A DNA stretch of 63,990 bases, the filler included, from Asterionella formosa (Eukaryota), in the NCBI GenBank assembly GCA_002256025.1. It is 8 parts of 8 records of this genome, joined end to end, with 100 filler letters (N's around TTAATTAATTAA, not from the genome) between each part and the next. Parts side by side here need not be neighbours in the genome. Positions count along the whole stretch, not along the records: positions 48,721 to 56,724 come from NKIB01012342.1; positions 56,825 to 63,990 come from NKIB01012509.1; 6 more parts are not named here. One strand, given 5' to 3'. Below the pieces are notes generated by a model. That model saw only the letters and a list, made by a program, of their open reading frames with translations. It was not told the origin of the DNA and did not search any database. Positions within the stretch are counted from its first letter, which is position 1. The number at the start of each line of letters is the position of its first letter. This document shows, piece after piece, positions 48,621 through 60,800 of the stretch. The translations under genes and the position numbers were made by a program.

Positions 48621-49415
48621 NNNNNNNNNNNNNNNNNNNNNNNNNNNNNNNNNNNNNNNNNNNNTTAATTAATTAANNNNNNNNNNNNNNNNNNNNNNNN
48701 NNNNNNNNNNNNNNNNNNNNAGTACAAAATGAATGTTGGCGAGGAGGACCGTCCGCGCCAGTTTTCTTAACGAAAAGCAGCTGCTGGAATGAAAGGAACA
48801 AAATATCACATTCATGGTAAAATGAAATTATTGTTATTGTTATTGTTGTAGTTTTTGTCGTCTTTTCTGCTATCATGGTTGTGTTCTCGTTGTCGTTACC
48901 GCTGTCCCTGCTGTTTCTGCTTTCATTTTTCTTGTTCTTATTCTATTGTTCTTTCGTTGTGTTTACTGTGGCTGTATACCCTTCTCTTCCTTGGTGTTCC
49001 TCGCCCTGCGTTTGAACTTGAACATGCATTGTTTGATATGGAATGTCAAAAGGTTTTGTTTGTTAAAAACCAGCCATCATCTGACTCTTTGAATTTTGTT
49101 CTTCGCTTCCAGATCATAACAAGAAGGACTCTGTTGTGGGCCGGCTCCTCTGGAAGAAACAGGCAGGCATTTTTTGTTTCTCCTTGCTTGTCATCACAGA
49201 AAGGATGCATCTGAAAGTTCGAGAAATTATGGTAAGCAGTTAATATTTTGGGAAATGGAAACAGGTCTTTTGTCACATTGCTGTTGTTGCTCTGCACCGT
49301 TGCTCGTTTTCTTTTTCTTGTGTTCGGAACTATTTTTGATTGCTGTTGTAGTTCCTTTACCTCCATTTTGTTCTTCCTCTTACTTGTGCCATTTGGAATT
49401 GGAAAAGTGGTCAGT

Positions 49416-50114
49416 CATGAACTTACTCTGCCAACCTTGTTCTTTTTATACAGACAATCAATCTGTTTTTGGCAGGGTAGGGTTGAACCTTGGCTGGGAA
49501 TAATGAAATGCGTCGTGCTCTGCCCATGTCAGGATGGCTATCCTGTGTCAGGCAGGCTATCAATCATTTGTTATTCGAATTGTTGAAAGGATTCCTCTGG
49601 TGCATAGGGGACAAATGTATACATGGTAAGCAAGTGCAATGTTTTCTTGCCTTCTGCTGATATTGTTTGCTGTTGCTTGTTGTGGGCGGATCTCCTCTCA
49701 TATTCTCCTTCGTCTTTGTTCGGAATTGTTAGCGCAGGCATTGCCTATTTGTAATGAATTAGAAGAAGGGCTTGATTGTGTGCTTGTTAATTGTTGATCA
49801 CGAACTTACTCTGCAAACGCTGTTCTTTGTCAACAGACAATCAATCTGTTGAGCAAGGGATTTGTTGGGAATCAGGCGGCATGGTAAGCACAACAAGAAC
49901 GATGCCTTTGTAACAATTGTTTGTCCATGAACTCACTCTGCTTCCGTTGTTTACTGATTGCAGACAATCAATTTGATGAGGGCTGGGTTGGACATTGGGG
50001 AACATGGTAAGGAGCACACAGAACCGAAATCATGGCTTCGCAACTTTTGCTTTCTCATCAACTCACTCTGCAAATGCTGTTGCCCTCTTGTTTCTACAGC
50101 AGACAATCAATCTG
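49416..50114 (-). repeat. Array of four related units resembling 36-45 nt micro-exons with flanking splice signals
   Basis: Units at 49427-49462, 49810-49845, 49937-49972 and 50067-50111. On the minus strand each reads (CAG/CAA)|ATTGATTGTCTG...GCAGA|GT[A/G]AGT. Confidence 0.65.
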
Positions 50115-52010
50115 AGCAATGAGAATGAGCAGCCGGCACATTTGCTATGAATTGATCTACCGATACTAGCAACAGGGACTCCTGCAAGTATGAGTAGCCA
50201 GGCAATCTTGTGAGTCGTTACAGCATCCAGCTGCAAGAATGAACATCCATTGCTTGTCGTATTGGTTTGAGAATCACGTTCTATAGAAAGTATCAATATA
50301 AACTACTATATAGCGAAGCGATTAATTTGATTGATTTTGCGATTGTAGAATGAAATTGAAAAAGTGAATTGTTTACACATAATTATTTGTTTGACTAGCA
50401 TATATATTTGTTTAACCTTGAGGTATTAATGTGATCAAAGTAAAGATAAAATGGGAGCGAACTAACAGTGTTAATGGTAGTCAGAGTGAAGAATATTTGT
50501 GAACGGAAATGTTGCGAATTGTCGAGAAAAGTACCGTATTATAGAGATTATTACTGAACAAATTTTTCTTCGTGTCGCCAGAAAATATTGTCAGTTGGCC
50601 CCAAAAATTATGTGGGTTTCTAAAATAATTATGAAAGTTGTCGAAACTATTTTAGTTCACTCCATCCATATATATTGTATGATGCATCATATTTTATTGT
50701 GATGTCATACCCTTAAATTATGTACGTAGCTAAATTCGTCATATTGGGCCACCCAAATAATTAATTTGGGTGATCATATTTGACTAGCGTTTTTTTTGTG
50801 GCGGCTGTACCAGAAATCGGCGTTGTAGATAAATGTCACTGCTGCCTTGCGATAGTGCTGTTGACAGTGAGCTAGGATTATACTTTCTAGACCCTCTGCC
50901 TCGAATTCTGTTGTCCAGGTGGTTGTGTGGCCATCTGACTGGATGGACGGGACTAAAACTTTTGCTAGTGCTCCCCCTGTTCTTGGTGAGTTGAAAATCT
51001 TTTTCAGTCTTTAGTTCCTCCATTACTTCGTCATTGATGATGTTGAATGGGTGCAACCTCATTCTTTTTTCCAGTATTGGTGTGTATATGCCGCTTTTCT
51101 GAGTTGTCTGGACCATGAGTGTTGTCCTGTTGGTTTTTTGACTGCCTTTTCTCCTAGCTGCATCGCCCTTCCTATGTCCCAGTCCAATTTTTCCCATTCC
51201 ATTTGGATCACTTCTTTGGCGACTCTCTTGCTGTCCAACTCATTGATGCTCCCTGCGATATTGTGGGTTCTCCAATATTTTTTAACTTCAGTTATATATA
51301 TTTTACAATCCTCTTGACTTATTGACTGAAACTGTCTAAGCTTTGCTGGCACTATATCTTTCTGATTTCCTCCAAACAACTTTTTCGGGTCAAAGTCGAT
51401 ATATAGGGCTCTGTGGTCTGCTTGAATTTTTTGTAAAATGGTAAGATACCTCCTCTTTCAACCGCATCTCTGCAATGTGCACTTCCCAGAATAAAATCTA
51501 TTGTTTTGGTTCCTCTGTTGTGGGTAACCGGACTTTGCAGTTCTTGGTGTTGATGGCGAAGTAAATCTATTAGTGATCATTCGCTCAGAATCATTGATAT
51601 TCCTGAGGAGCTTGAGCCAATTTCCTCATTTGCGTCGAGCATGAGTAGGATTTCCTTGTTGTCTTGTTGAAGTGCTTGAATAAACTGTATGATATCTCTA
51701 ACAAATTGAGTTCTTGGATTTGGGTTTTGCTTTCCCTTCTTGGACATTGCCATGTGCTTCTGGTGGTAGGAGGTCCCTTCACCATGGTGTGGCATAGAGG
51801 CCTGTGAAATTCTATATGCTGTGATTGCTGTGATGCTGACCCCATTCTTGCCTTTTAGATTCATATACTAGCTCCAGTGACCCATGCCGGAGGGATCCTT
51901 GCCTGTTTTCTTCTCTGCTCTTGCTTGTTCCACAGCATTTTCCGGCTAGATCCATTGACATTCCACCTGGTTTGTAGTCCGATGTTGCTGGCATCTTACT
52001 TGTGGAGAAC

Positions 52011-52170
52011 TCGCATTTCACTGTTTGCATTGGTTTCTGGGCTCTTACTCTGAATTCCGTTTTTGTCCCTTGATTAAGCCAGTTGGTATTTCGCATTTCA
52101 CTGTTTGCATTGGTTTCTGGGCTCTTACTCTGAATTCCGTTTTTGTCCCTTGATTAAGCCAGTTGGTATT
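52011..52170. repeat. Exact 80-bp tandem duplication frameshifting the LINE endonuclease
   Basis: 52011-52090 is identical to 52091-52170. Confidence 0.95.
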
Positions 52171-52900
52171 TGTTTCTGCCCAACCGAATAGCCCTACATT
52201 GCATGATTTCAAAATTTCCATATAGTATATCAGATCCGTTGATGTTCTTTGGAGATGGAGACCTTGAATATTTTTAAAAAATACCCTGAAGATGTTTTCC
52301 TCTGACATAATCATTTCATCGTCCTCCCCCCATGTTGATGGACTCATATCTGCAGACTTTGTGGATGTGCCCATTTTTGTTTGTATTTCCTTCTTCGGGA
52401 TTAGCCTGTCTTGTTTTGTCTCTACGATCTGCTTGGGTCCTATGTGTGTGCGTAGTATCTTTCCCTTTCCGCCTCTAATTTCTAACTTGGATGGGATGCA
52501 GTTTCTTTGTGGGTAATATTTCTATCCCGTGTTTCATGTTCTTCAATCTGGCTCGTTTCAAACATCTGATCTCCAACTTGGTCTGGGTCGGTGGGATACC
52601 TCGACCGGAGAGCTGCTGGATCTATCATTTGATGATAGGGGGACTTGTTGAGCTTGCTGGTCTACGGTGCCTTGATCTCTGTTTTCCTCCAGCATAGCAT
52701 CTAGAGGAGCTACACTGTTTGATGCAAGGTGTTGAGATCCGGAGTGAGGGAGTTGAGTGGCTGATGAGTTGTGGTTGAAAGACCAGATGGTGGTTGAATG
52801 CTCTCGTGGTCTTGGTCTTCTGACTGCTCTGTGTCGGAATCCTCTAGGGGCGGTGGCGCGGAGTTTGACCCGTTTTTGGCAATGGTTTTCCTTGCCTTTT

Positions 52901-52980
52901 TCACTGCTCTGTGAGCCATGTGCCATGTTGCTGTGTCACTTCACTGCTCTGCAAGCCATGTGCCATGTTGCTGTGTCGCT
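52901..52980. repeat. Near-exact 40-bp tandem duplication frameshifting LINE ORF1
   Basis: TCACTGCTCTG..AGCCATGTGCCATGTTGCTGTGTC occurs at 52901 and 52941. Confidence 0.9.
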
Positions 52981-55039
52981 CCTTTCCATTCTTGTTTGTA
53001 TTGCCTCCATGTCCTCTGGTGATGCTGCTCTAATTTGAAGCTCACTTGGAAGTTGAGTGAGGCTTTCTTCCTCGTCGGATGTGTAATTTCCTGATTCTGG
53101 ATTGGAGTCTGTGGTTTGGGACCACATTGCTTGTGTAGAGAATTCTGATCTCTGCCTGGTTTCGCTTGACATTCTTATGTCTGAGCCAGCTAGAATCTTG
53201 ACTAATTCTTGGATGGTAACACTGATCTCCAATAGTGTTGTCGTTGTCTCGCTTGCCAGTGTCCGGAGATCTGATATTGATGAGGCTGTGAAACTTGCCT
53301 GTCCCGCCGCTTTAAATTGGTATCCTATTAGTGCATCGATGCTCTTTCGCATCGTTCGCTCCCATTTCTGATTTAATGTTTTCATTGCTTGGTCGTATAT
53401 GTCTTGTTTTGTTGCTACCTCATTCAGGAGTCTTTCAATCCCATCCCGTTCGTCCTCCGTGTCCAGGGTCATTTGATCTGTGCCTACTGTCGCTTGGGAA
53501 GAGTTATTTATGGTAACCTTCTCTGCATATGTGTGCTGGCACTCGGGGTGAACGTGTTTGTTTTGATGTCCTGCCTGTGCCACTGCTTGGGTGGGGTTTT
53601 CTGTCTCTGTCATGGATTCTGCATTGGTAGGCTTGAATCTTGACAGTAGAGCATTCACATGCTGTTGGTCGGCTGCATTCCTGTTGCCGCCTAAAGGTAC
53701 TCTCTTCATGGAGTAGGTGGGTGGTGTGCTCTCCCCATATTCCTGTATGAGGAGGCGGTTGAACCCTGATGCATGTTTGATTACCTCTATCTCATTTGCT
53801 GCTGGATATATGATGACTGGAACTCCTGATGTTGTGTAATCAATGTTACATAGTAGACAGTTATCTGTGGAGTCCACTGCTTCAAGCATGCATTGTCTGA
53901 ACCTCGTTATCTTGCCTTGAATAATTGTTCGAGTATCTATATCCTTAAAACCTGCCATCGTCAGTTTTGTCCTTGTGGTGGTTGTCAGCCATTTTTGTTG
54001 ATAGTAATACTGGGCTATTCCTTCATGATCTTGATCTGCTGCGAAATTAATGGCGTGATATCCCACAAAACCAATTGAGTAGTCTGATCTTATGGGGAAC
54101 AACTTTGTCATTGCGTTGTAGGTTGCCTGCGCTGTGTTCTTGCTCGCTCGCACTGATGCCATAGGCATATGTCTTCACTTCTATTCTGAATTTGCCGTAT
54201 TTTATTCCCTGGCTCCTTATTTGAAAGTCCAAAGTAGAGGAAACCTCTTCACCTAATAAACTCTTTATCCATTCCGTTGTACATTCTATCAAGGCTATAA
54301 AGCTGTTCTTTCCAAATACTACCCTACTTGCACATCGTCCAAGCTTTGATGTGTATATTCATCTAAGAACATGCGATTGTCCTTCAGAAATGGAACAATA
54401 CTTCTCTTCATTGTGGAGTAGTTCTTCTGTGATTTCACCTTGATGTACACGTCAATATAGTATCTTTTTGTACGATCTTAATCTTGATTTATTTGAGTGG
54501 TTGATCCTCTGGATTGAGTTTGAACGCCACTTTTATTGAGATTTCTGAATTGGCATGATCTAATGGGAGGAGTTTGAATGCGACATCTTTCTCTCTCATT
54601 TCTTCCATCATATCCTCCAAGAAGTTCTTTTTGAAGATGACTGTTTGGACTTCGAAATTATCATTCAATGGTGTAATGCCTTGAACCTTTGTTTTCCAGC
54701 TAAGCATCAGGTTTTGCATGATGCTGTACCCTTGCTCCAAGGTGGAGCACCTTTGGACCTGACTTGGTTGCTTGATCTCTGCTGTCCTCTTGTTTCCTGG
54801 TGCCCCCTCCTTTGTGATGCCTACGGCATGGGGCAATGGTGTTCCTGTCAATGCTGCAGTACCTTCATTGTTATTTTGTTCGTCCTTTGCATCAGTGTCC
54901 TTGAATTGTCGGCCTTCCGTTGTAGCTACTAGTACAGCTGCAATTGTTTTGTTGTGAATGAATTCCTCGCTTATTCCTTTTTCTTTCTGTGTTCTATGAT
55001 TCTTCGCTGTACCCTCTTCTTCATTTTCCGGTCCATTTT

Positions 55040-55750
55040 ACTTTTTGCATAAAAGTGACCGAAAATGCATAATTAGTTAGTCAGGGAAACTCGGGATTGC
55101 TTTTTTTGACTAAATTTGTAGCAAATCAATAATAATTTTTATCAATGATAGAAACTTTTCCTAACTAAGTTTTCAATGAATCTTTTTCCTTCTTATATTG
55201 TGGTACATTTTGTCAAGAAATCGGATGCATAATGCATCAGATGTACTTAGCTTTTCGACATGGAACACATCATACATACAACAAACCTCGTATATACTTT
55301 GTACATCCTGTATGTATAGCGTTAATTTATTATACATGCTTGGTACCAGATACCTGGTACCATCAGTCAGTACCTCCATTTGTGTTTGTACAGCTGCCTG
55401 TGGTATGGGGTCGATGAGACAGCAACTCCATCTTGACCATGACGAAAGTATGGAGTTGAATATCTTAACGAATATTGACAATGAACAATTCCTATTTCGC
55501 ACGTATATGCAGACTAACATAGACGAAATTATCGTTCAATAATATAATTTTTTGCACAAGTATTGACAGCAAAAATTTAAAATCAGCGCTGGAAGTTGTT
55601 TTTGGTCGTCATTTGCTCAGTTTTGAAGATATGACCAAAGTAGCGACAGTTGTGAGTCCGAAATGATTAGCTTGATAACTTTCACTACATAAGGTTTCCT
55701 ATGATTTGTAGAAATAGATGAGAAAACCTGAGCGACAGTATTCTCGGAGA
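55040..55750. repeat. Second copy of the dispersed repeat (order Y then X)
   Basis: Shares segments with 41872-42090 and 42808-42910. Confidence 0.7.
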
Positions 55751-56331
55751 AGGTACAACATTTCAAGATGCAACAAATTCCTTTACGTCAATTTTGTAGT
55801 GAGTTTCGTGTCGGCACTAATTGTCGTGGTACATTTTTTATGGAATCTTGAGTAGGGGGTTAAATTTAGTCATAAACGCGATATCTACTATGTTTACATG
55901 GTACAAAATGCATTAGTTTATCGTGTACACAAATACTGCTATATACCGGTTGTAGAGTACATGATAATCACGAGTGCCTACCGAACCCCCAACCTGTTGT
56001 CTGATCGGAACGAAGATGAGTTGCACAACCATTTTACCCGACACTGAGGTCGGTGTGTGCCGTATGTACCAGGTAGGTACATACGACAAATTCTACACAC
56101 GAGTATTTGGAAAAACGGAATCCAGAATCTGCTTGGATGTTATGCATGATGTCGAAAATGAGCATCACATCTTTAGCGGATATACCGGTATTTAGCGGCT
56201 AGCATGATGCATGTCTCACCTGCATACTGATATAGGTATATTATGTATGGCTGATGCACTGTGGCTGGTCAGATTAAAGATGGTACTGAAGTACCTGCAT
56301 TTGGACTTAAGTAATGGTAAAAAATCATGCA

Positions 56332-56724
56332 CTATTCTTCTAGCATGCCCATGGATAAATGCTTTTCTTGCTTGCGAAGGATCAACACCAATGTCTGCCA
56401 TCTTAACTGAGGATGGCGGCGTATATGATGCTGATTGTTACCATCATTCACCACCAGAGTTTCTACTACTTCATAATATATTGCCAGAACTGAGGACACT
56501 GTATGAGTTTCAACCCACTTTCCAGTAGCCCTGACTTTGTTCTCTAAGTATACCATCAAGAATCTTATGTCACACAGAATTTTGCAAGCCTTTCTAGTAG
56601 TACCACGACCCTCCTCTGCCATTATGAAATCTAGATGGTAGACATCTCTTCCTTGCAAAATCTTAAGGGGAGGAACATCATTCCTCACATCTCCCAACCA
56701 CCATTGCATCCACAAGTCTAAGGG
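56332..56724 (-). mobile_element. C-terminal fragment of a stramenopile Crypton(S)-like protein (5' end in gap)
   Basis: LWMQWWLGD..VPPLKILQGRD..LCDIRFLM..R..QLRWQT pattern, recognised from oomycete/diatom Crypton-like proteins. No recombinase catalytic residues are visible. Confidence 0.5.
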
Positions 56725-57208
56725 NNNNNNNNNNNNNNNNNNNNNNNNNNNNNNNNNNNNNNNNNNNNTTAATTAATTAANNNNNNNNNNNNNNNNNNNN
56801 NNNNNNNNNNNNNNNNNNNNNNNNAGGCAGCTTCGAGGAGTCGACGGTCCGACATTTCATCATTCATGGTGTTCAATGGCTGCTAAATGAAGCTCTATTT
56901 TATTGATGTTTTGCATTTCTGTCGTTCATGCTCTCTAGCAAGCCATTTGTTTCATCATCATGACAGGATGATCCAGTATGTGCCGTGCTTCATGATTACC
57001 GGTATATACCAGTGACACCTGGTGGAGTACCAGGTTCACTACCAGCAAAATTGGAAATAGGTGGCTGTGCGTGATGCCCTTTCCAAGAAAGGGTCGGGAA
57101 ACGATTCTTCCCATTTTGTATGTAGACTTCGTAGCAACAACACGTGGTATGCATAACATGTTAAAATACCCGGGTACCAGGTACCAGTAGATTATCATGG
57201 AGGATTCT

Positions 57209-57495
57209 TGTTGAATGTGTGTAACGGACATCATGTTGGTAATGGTTACACCAATTACACCAATACTGACAATGACCACACCAACCATGCCGGTGTGCAA
57301 ACTAACGAACAAGGCTGGACTGCGGTTGAACCAAGGAAGATCAGGACTAGAAATAGAGTGTTTGGTACCAGCGAAACTGGCTCACTTTAATATAATTATT
57401 CGGTTTTATAAACAATGCCCTCCCAGTGTGCTTTCTTCATCGGATTCGTTGTTTCATGGACACGAAGATGTATTGAGAACATTGTGGTTTCAACA
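57209..57495 (+). repeat. Putative 5' LTR (287 bp) of the Copia element
   Basis: Begins TGTTGA and ends TCAACA (inverted termini), 22 bp upstream of the gag ATG. No clear PBS, and the partner LTR lies outside the window. Confidence 0.6.
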
Positions 57496-57830
57496 TAACT
57501 AAATTAAAGTAAGCAAGATGGACAAGGTGAAAACAGAAAGTGGGGATACCGCCATGAAGGTTGATAAGGACTCAGGCATTGATGCCAAGAAAAGAGGTCG
57601 CTTCAACTTTGGAAAGCAACAGGCATCCCTGACACCAGCCGCAACGAAATTCGAACAAGGCAAATGCAACGAATTAAAAGGATATGTGTATGACTGCTCA
57701 GGTATGAAGCAAGCAGATCTATTTGCGAAGACAATGAAGGAGATCGCAGGCTTTGCTTGTAGGGCACACCTACTAATACGGTGGTGACATACAATTGGTT
57801 GTTGAGAACCTTGCTTGAGATGGTCAGCAT

Positions 57831-60800
57831 CACTACACGTATGTGAATAAAAACTATCATGAATATAGGATCAAGGGTATCATACGCGAAGTGGCACAGG
57901 ATTTTCATATATATGATAGTTTTTCAATCAAAAATATGATCAATGTATCATATAATTGTGATCATGCAGTAAACTTTTACCGAGCTTGAAGTATGATGAT
58001 ACTATAATAGCTATAATACCATTGCATCATATAATTAGTTAAACATGGTCATATGATATGTATACTTTTGTCATGCATCTATCTTAGCATGATCGTAATT
58101 CTCATCAATATCACTGTCTAAAATAGGATAAAATTGATCGAAATTTAGAACTTTATTTAAGAATGGTTTTATGTTTATATATTTTTAGTGGCTACAGAAT
58201 GTTCTACAATGCTCTCATCGCAATGATTGGTGCTTCAGCTTTCACTTCCACGTTCCCCCCAATCCAATTCTGAAGGTTGTTGTTGTAGTAGTCCTGGTTG
58301 CCTTGCCGTTGTTCCCCTGCGGAGTTCCATTTACTCCTGAGGGTTCTGAGTTTGCATTCACGCACTATTGAATCCGTTTCGTTGTTCCGATCAGTCATAC
58401 TAACAAAGAGAAGCAATTCATTGTTAGCTGTTCATGTTTTGCTTACACAACAGCATGCATTTCACTTCTATCTTCACTTGCCACAAATTGAGGAAGTAAC
58501 TGATGCATATTTCTGTAAAATAATGTGTCAGTTGAACATTGAATAAGAAAGTATCGATCAATAAATGGGCTCCAACACTGCTGTTTGTAACTTAAACTGT
58601 TTGTCTACAATTATCTTGAAAGAAGAAACACTCTTGTGTCAGTTTTTCTAACAGTTGTGGATTGATCTAAAGATGGCTGATAGCACTTACCGATTTCTTT
58701 TGTCCACATTGATGGTTGGCCAGCCAACAAATCGAAAAGGAGCTATTGAATCACTGAAAGGGGACGAGTCATTCCGTATTTGCAATCCCAACAATTGTTC
58801 ATCCTGACATTTGCTCTTGACAAATCGTGATGCTATGCACAGCTTGTTGATTCCGCTCTTCTCCATCATATTCACTCCTTCTTAGCCGCATGGTGTATCA
58901 TCGTGCTGTATTGTCACTTCAGTTTTTCGCATCATGTGTTGCTTGAGATCCTTCATTTCAGGAAGTGGATGAATGAAAAGTAACATGAAAGGCATTTGCC
59001 CTTGACTTACCATCAATTGATTTCGCCCTTCTCTTCTAAGCCGCAAGTATCATTGTGCTGTATTATCACTTTCGTTTTCCGCGTCATCATGTGTGATGAT
59101 TTTTCATTTCAGGAGCAAAGGTGTATGCATGACAAGGAACATGAAAACATGATTTCAAATGTATCAGCCATGAATACATATATATAAAGATTTGTAAGAA
59201 TTTTAAATGTATGTATAGTTGAACTTTTGCATAGTTTTAAACACGCTCATTATACGGCATATCCTGTGTATACTAATATCAATGTTGATTATACATAATT
59301 CAAATATATACAATGCATGATGAGTTCATAGTTTTCCACGACCTGTTGAATTTTTTCAATTTTTGTTGTGTCAATTCTTGTACCTACAAGTCAGTGGCTG
59401 ATTTAATTAGGCCCCTTAATAAACGGGAGTCATCACCAAATTTTCAAATGGTCGAAATCATACATTTATTTATATAGACATATTGACCAAAATTCATATG
59501 GCCTACTGGTAGTACTGTATTCTTGCTGGGAATTATTTCTATCATGGAAATGCCACAATAGTGCAGCGGAAAACTGAATATGCTCATGTGTTTAGGATCA
59601 TTCGATCATATTTTTAAGATCAATTAATCCTGATTCCTGAAAATAAATTTTGATCTTTTATTTTCTCATCAACGACACCGTTTATCATATGATCAAAGGT
59701 ATAGGATAAACGAATCAAAATTTATTAATTAAAGATCATAGTCTATATCGGAGTAGTTGCTCAAGCATGCAACCCCTTCCCCTCCTGTATACAGTACGGA
59801 AGTGATAGCCCCCAAGCTACCAAATTTTTATGTCTTGTAAGAATTATCGCAGCATGCATGCATACATGACTCCTATTGGTATATACAATGCGGAAATGAT
59901 GACCACCACCAGACTACCAATCCTATAGATCCTGTAGAATTATCGCAACATGGCTGCATATCTAATGAATGGGCGGGAGGAGTCATCTATGCTGCACCTG
60001 TATAGTATGAAATATGGAAATTATCAAATATAGCTAGTCTACAAAAGGAGCAGTGCATCAAATACTATGCCCTGTTATTTTAATTCCTATGAAATCTCTT
60101 GATCTGTTCTGCGCTTTTTCGCCTCCACGATTGTTTTCATTGGCTGTTTCACTGGACAGCATTCGAATTGATTGTGCTTCGAACAAAGCAATGATCAAAG
60201 TCCACCCCATTGCAGAATGTTGAGTCTCACAACTAAGTATCAGCCAGTTGATCAAAATTTGACTGTCTTTTGTGCACCCTCATTGTGTTTGTACTTGACC
60301 TGGCAACTGTCAGGCAAGGAGAGGAGCCATGGTATGCCACCATTCATTGACTGTACGAGTCTCGAATGCGTTCAGCTATGATAACTTTTGCTCCCCCCTC
60401 CTAAACACTATCTCACCACCCTTGTCATATATGTTTCTTTATCCTTTGGCTGCACAGGCCCAGGTTACTCAATGCCTTCATCTGTAAGTTCAGCCAAGCA
60501 GGCCCACATTGGCGTCAAGAAAACCTCAACCCCGACTTTCCTCACATGCTCCACCCATTGACTTCTTCTCTGATGAAGTCTAGCTAAGTATATTGATGTC
60601 AGGTGGCGCAGGCTTGTGTATAGATTGATGATGCCGAAAGCATTGTTTCCTTTTCCGGTAGGTACCTATTTGTCAACATTGTTTTGGTCAATCCATTCTT
60701 GTTCCCGCAAGATCAGAAGCAGTTATCCCTTTATTTCTATTCCCAAGAACCTTCATTTCTCTTTCACAATTGTCCTGATGTTTGCAGAGTATTTTTAGTT

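Larger units (their letters stand above)
50830..55035 (-). mobile_element. Decayed APE-type non-LTR retrotransposon (LINE): ORF1 (~55035-52450) and ORF2 endonuclease (~52370-51400); RT absent
   Basis: APE motifs FRVFFKNIQGL, FGWAETNTNW, YKPGG, DPSGMGHWS, ITAYR, NPRTQF, LLMLDANEEI, THNRGTKTIDFILG. Frameshifts and stops are present, and the element is truncated before the RT. Confidence 0.85.

Noticed and set aside
49416..50114. CRISPR-like reading of the repeat-spacer pattern
   Set aside because: The repeats are degenerate, spacing is irregular (about 90-350 nt), there are no cas genes and the context is eukaryotic. Splice-signal structure explains it better.
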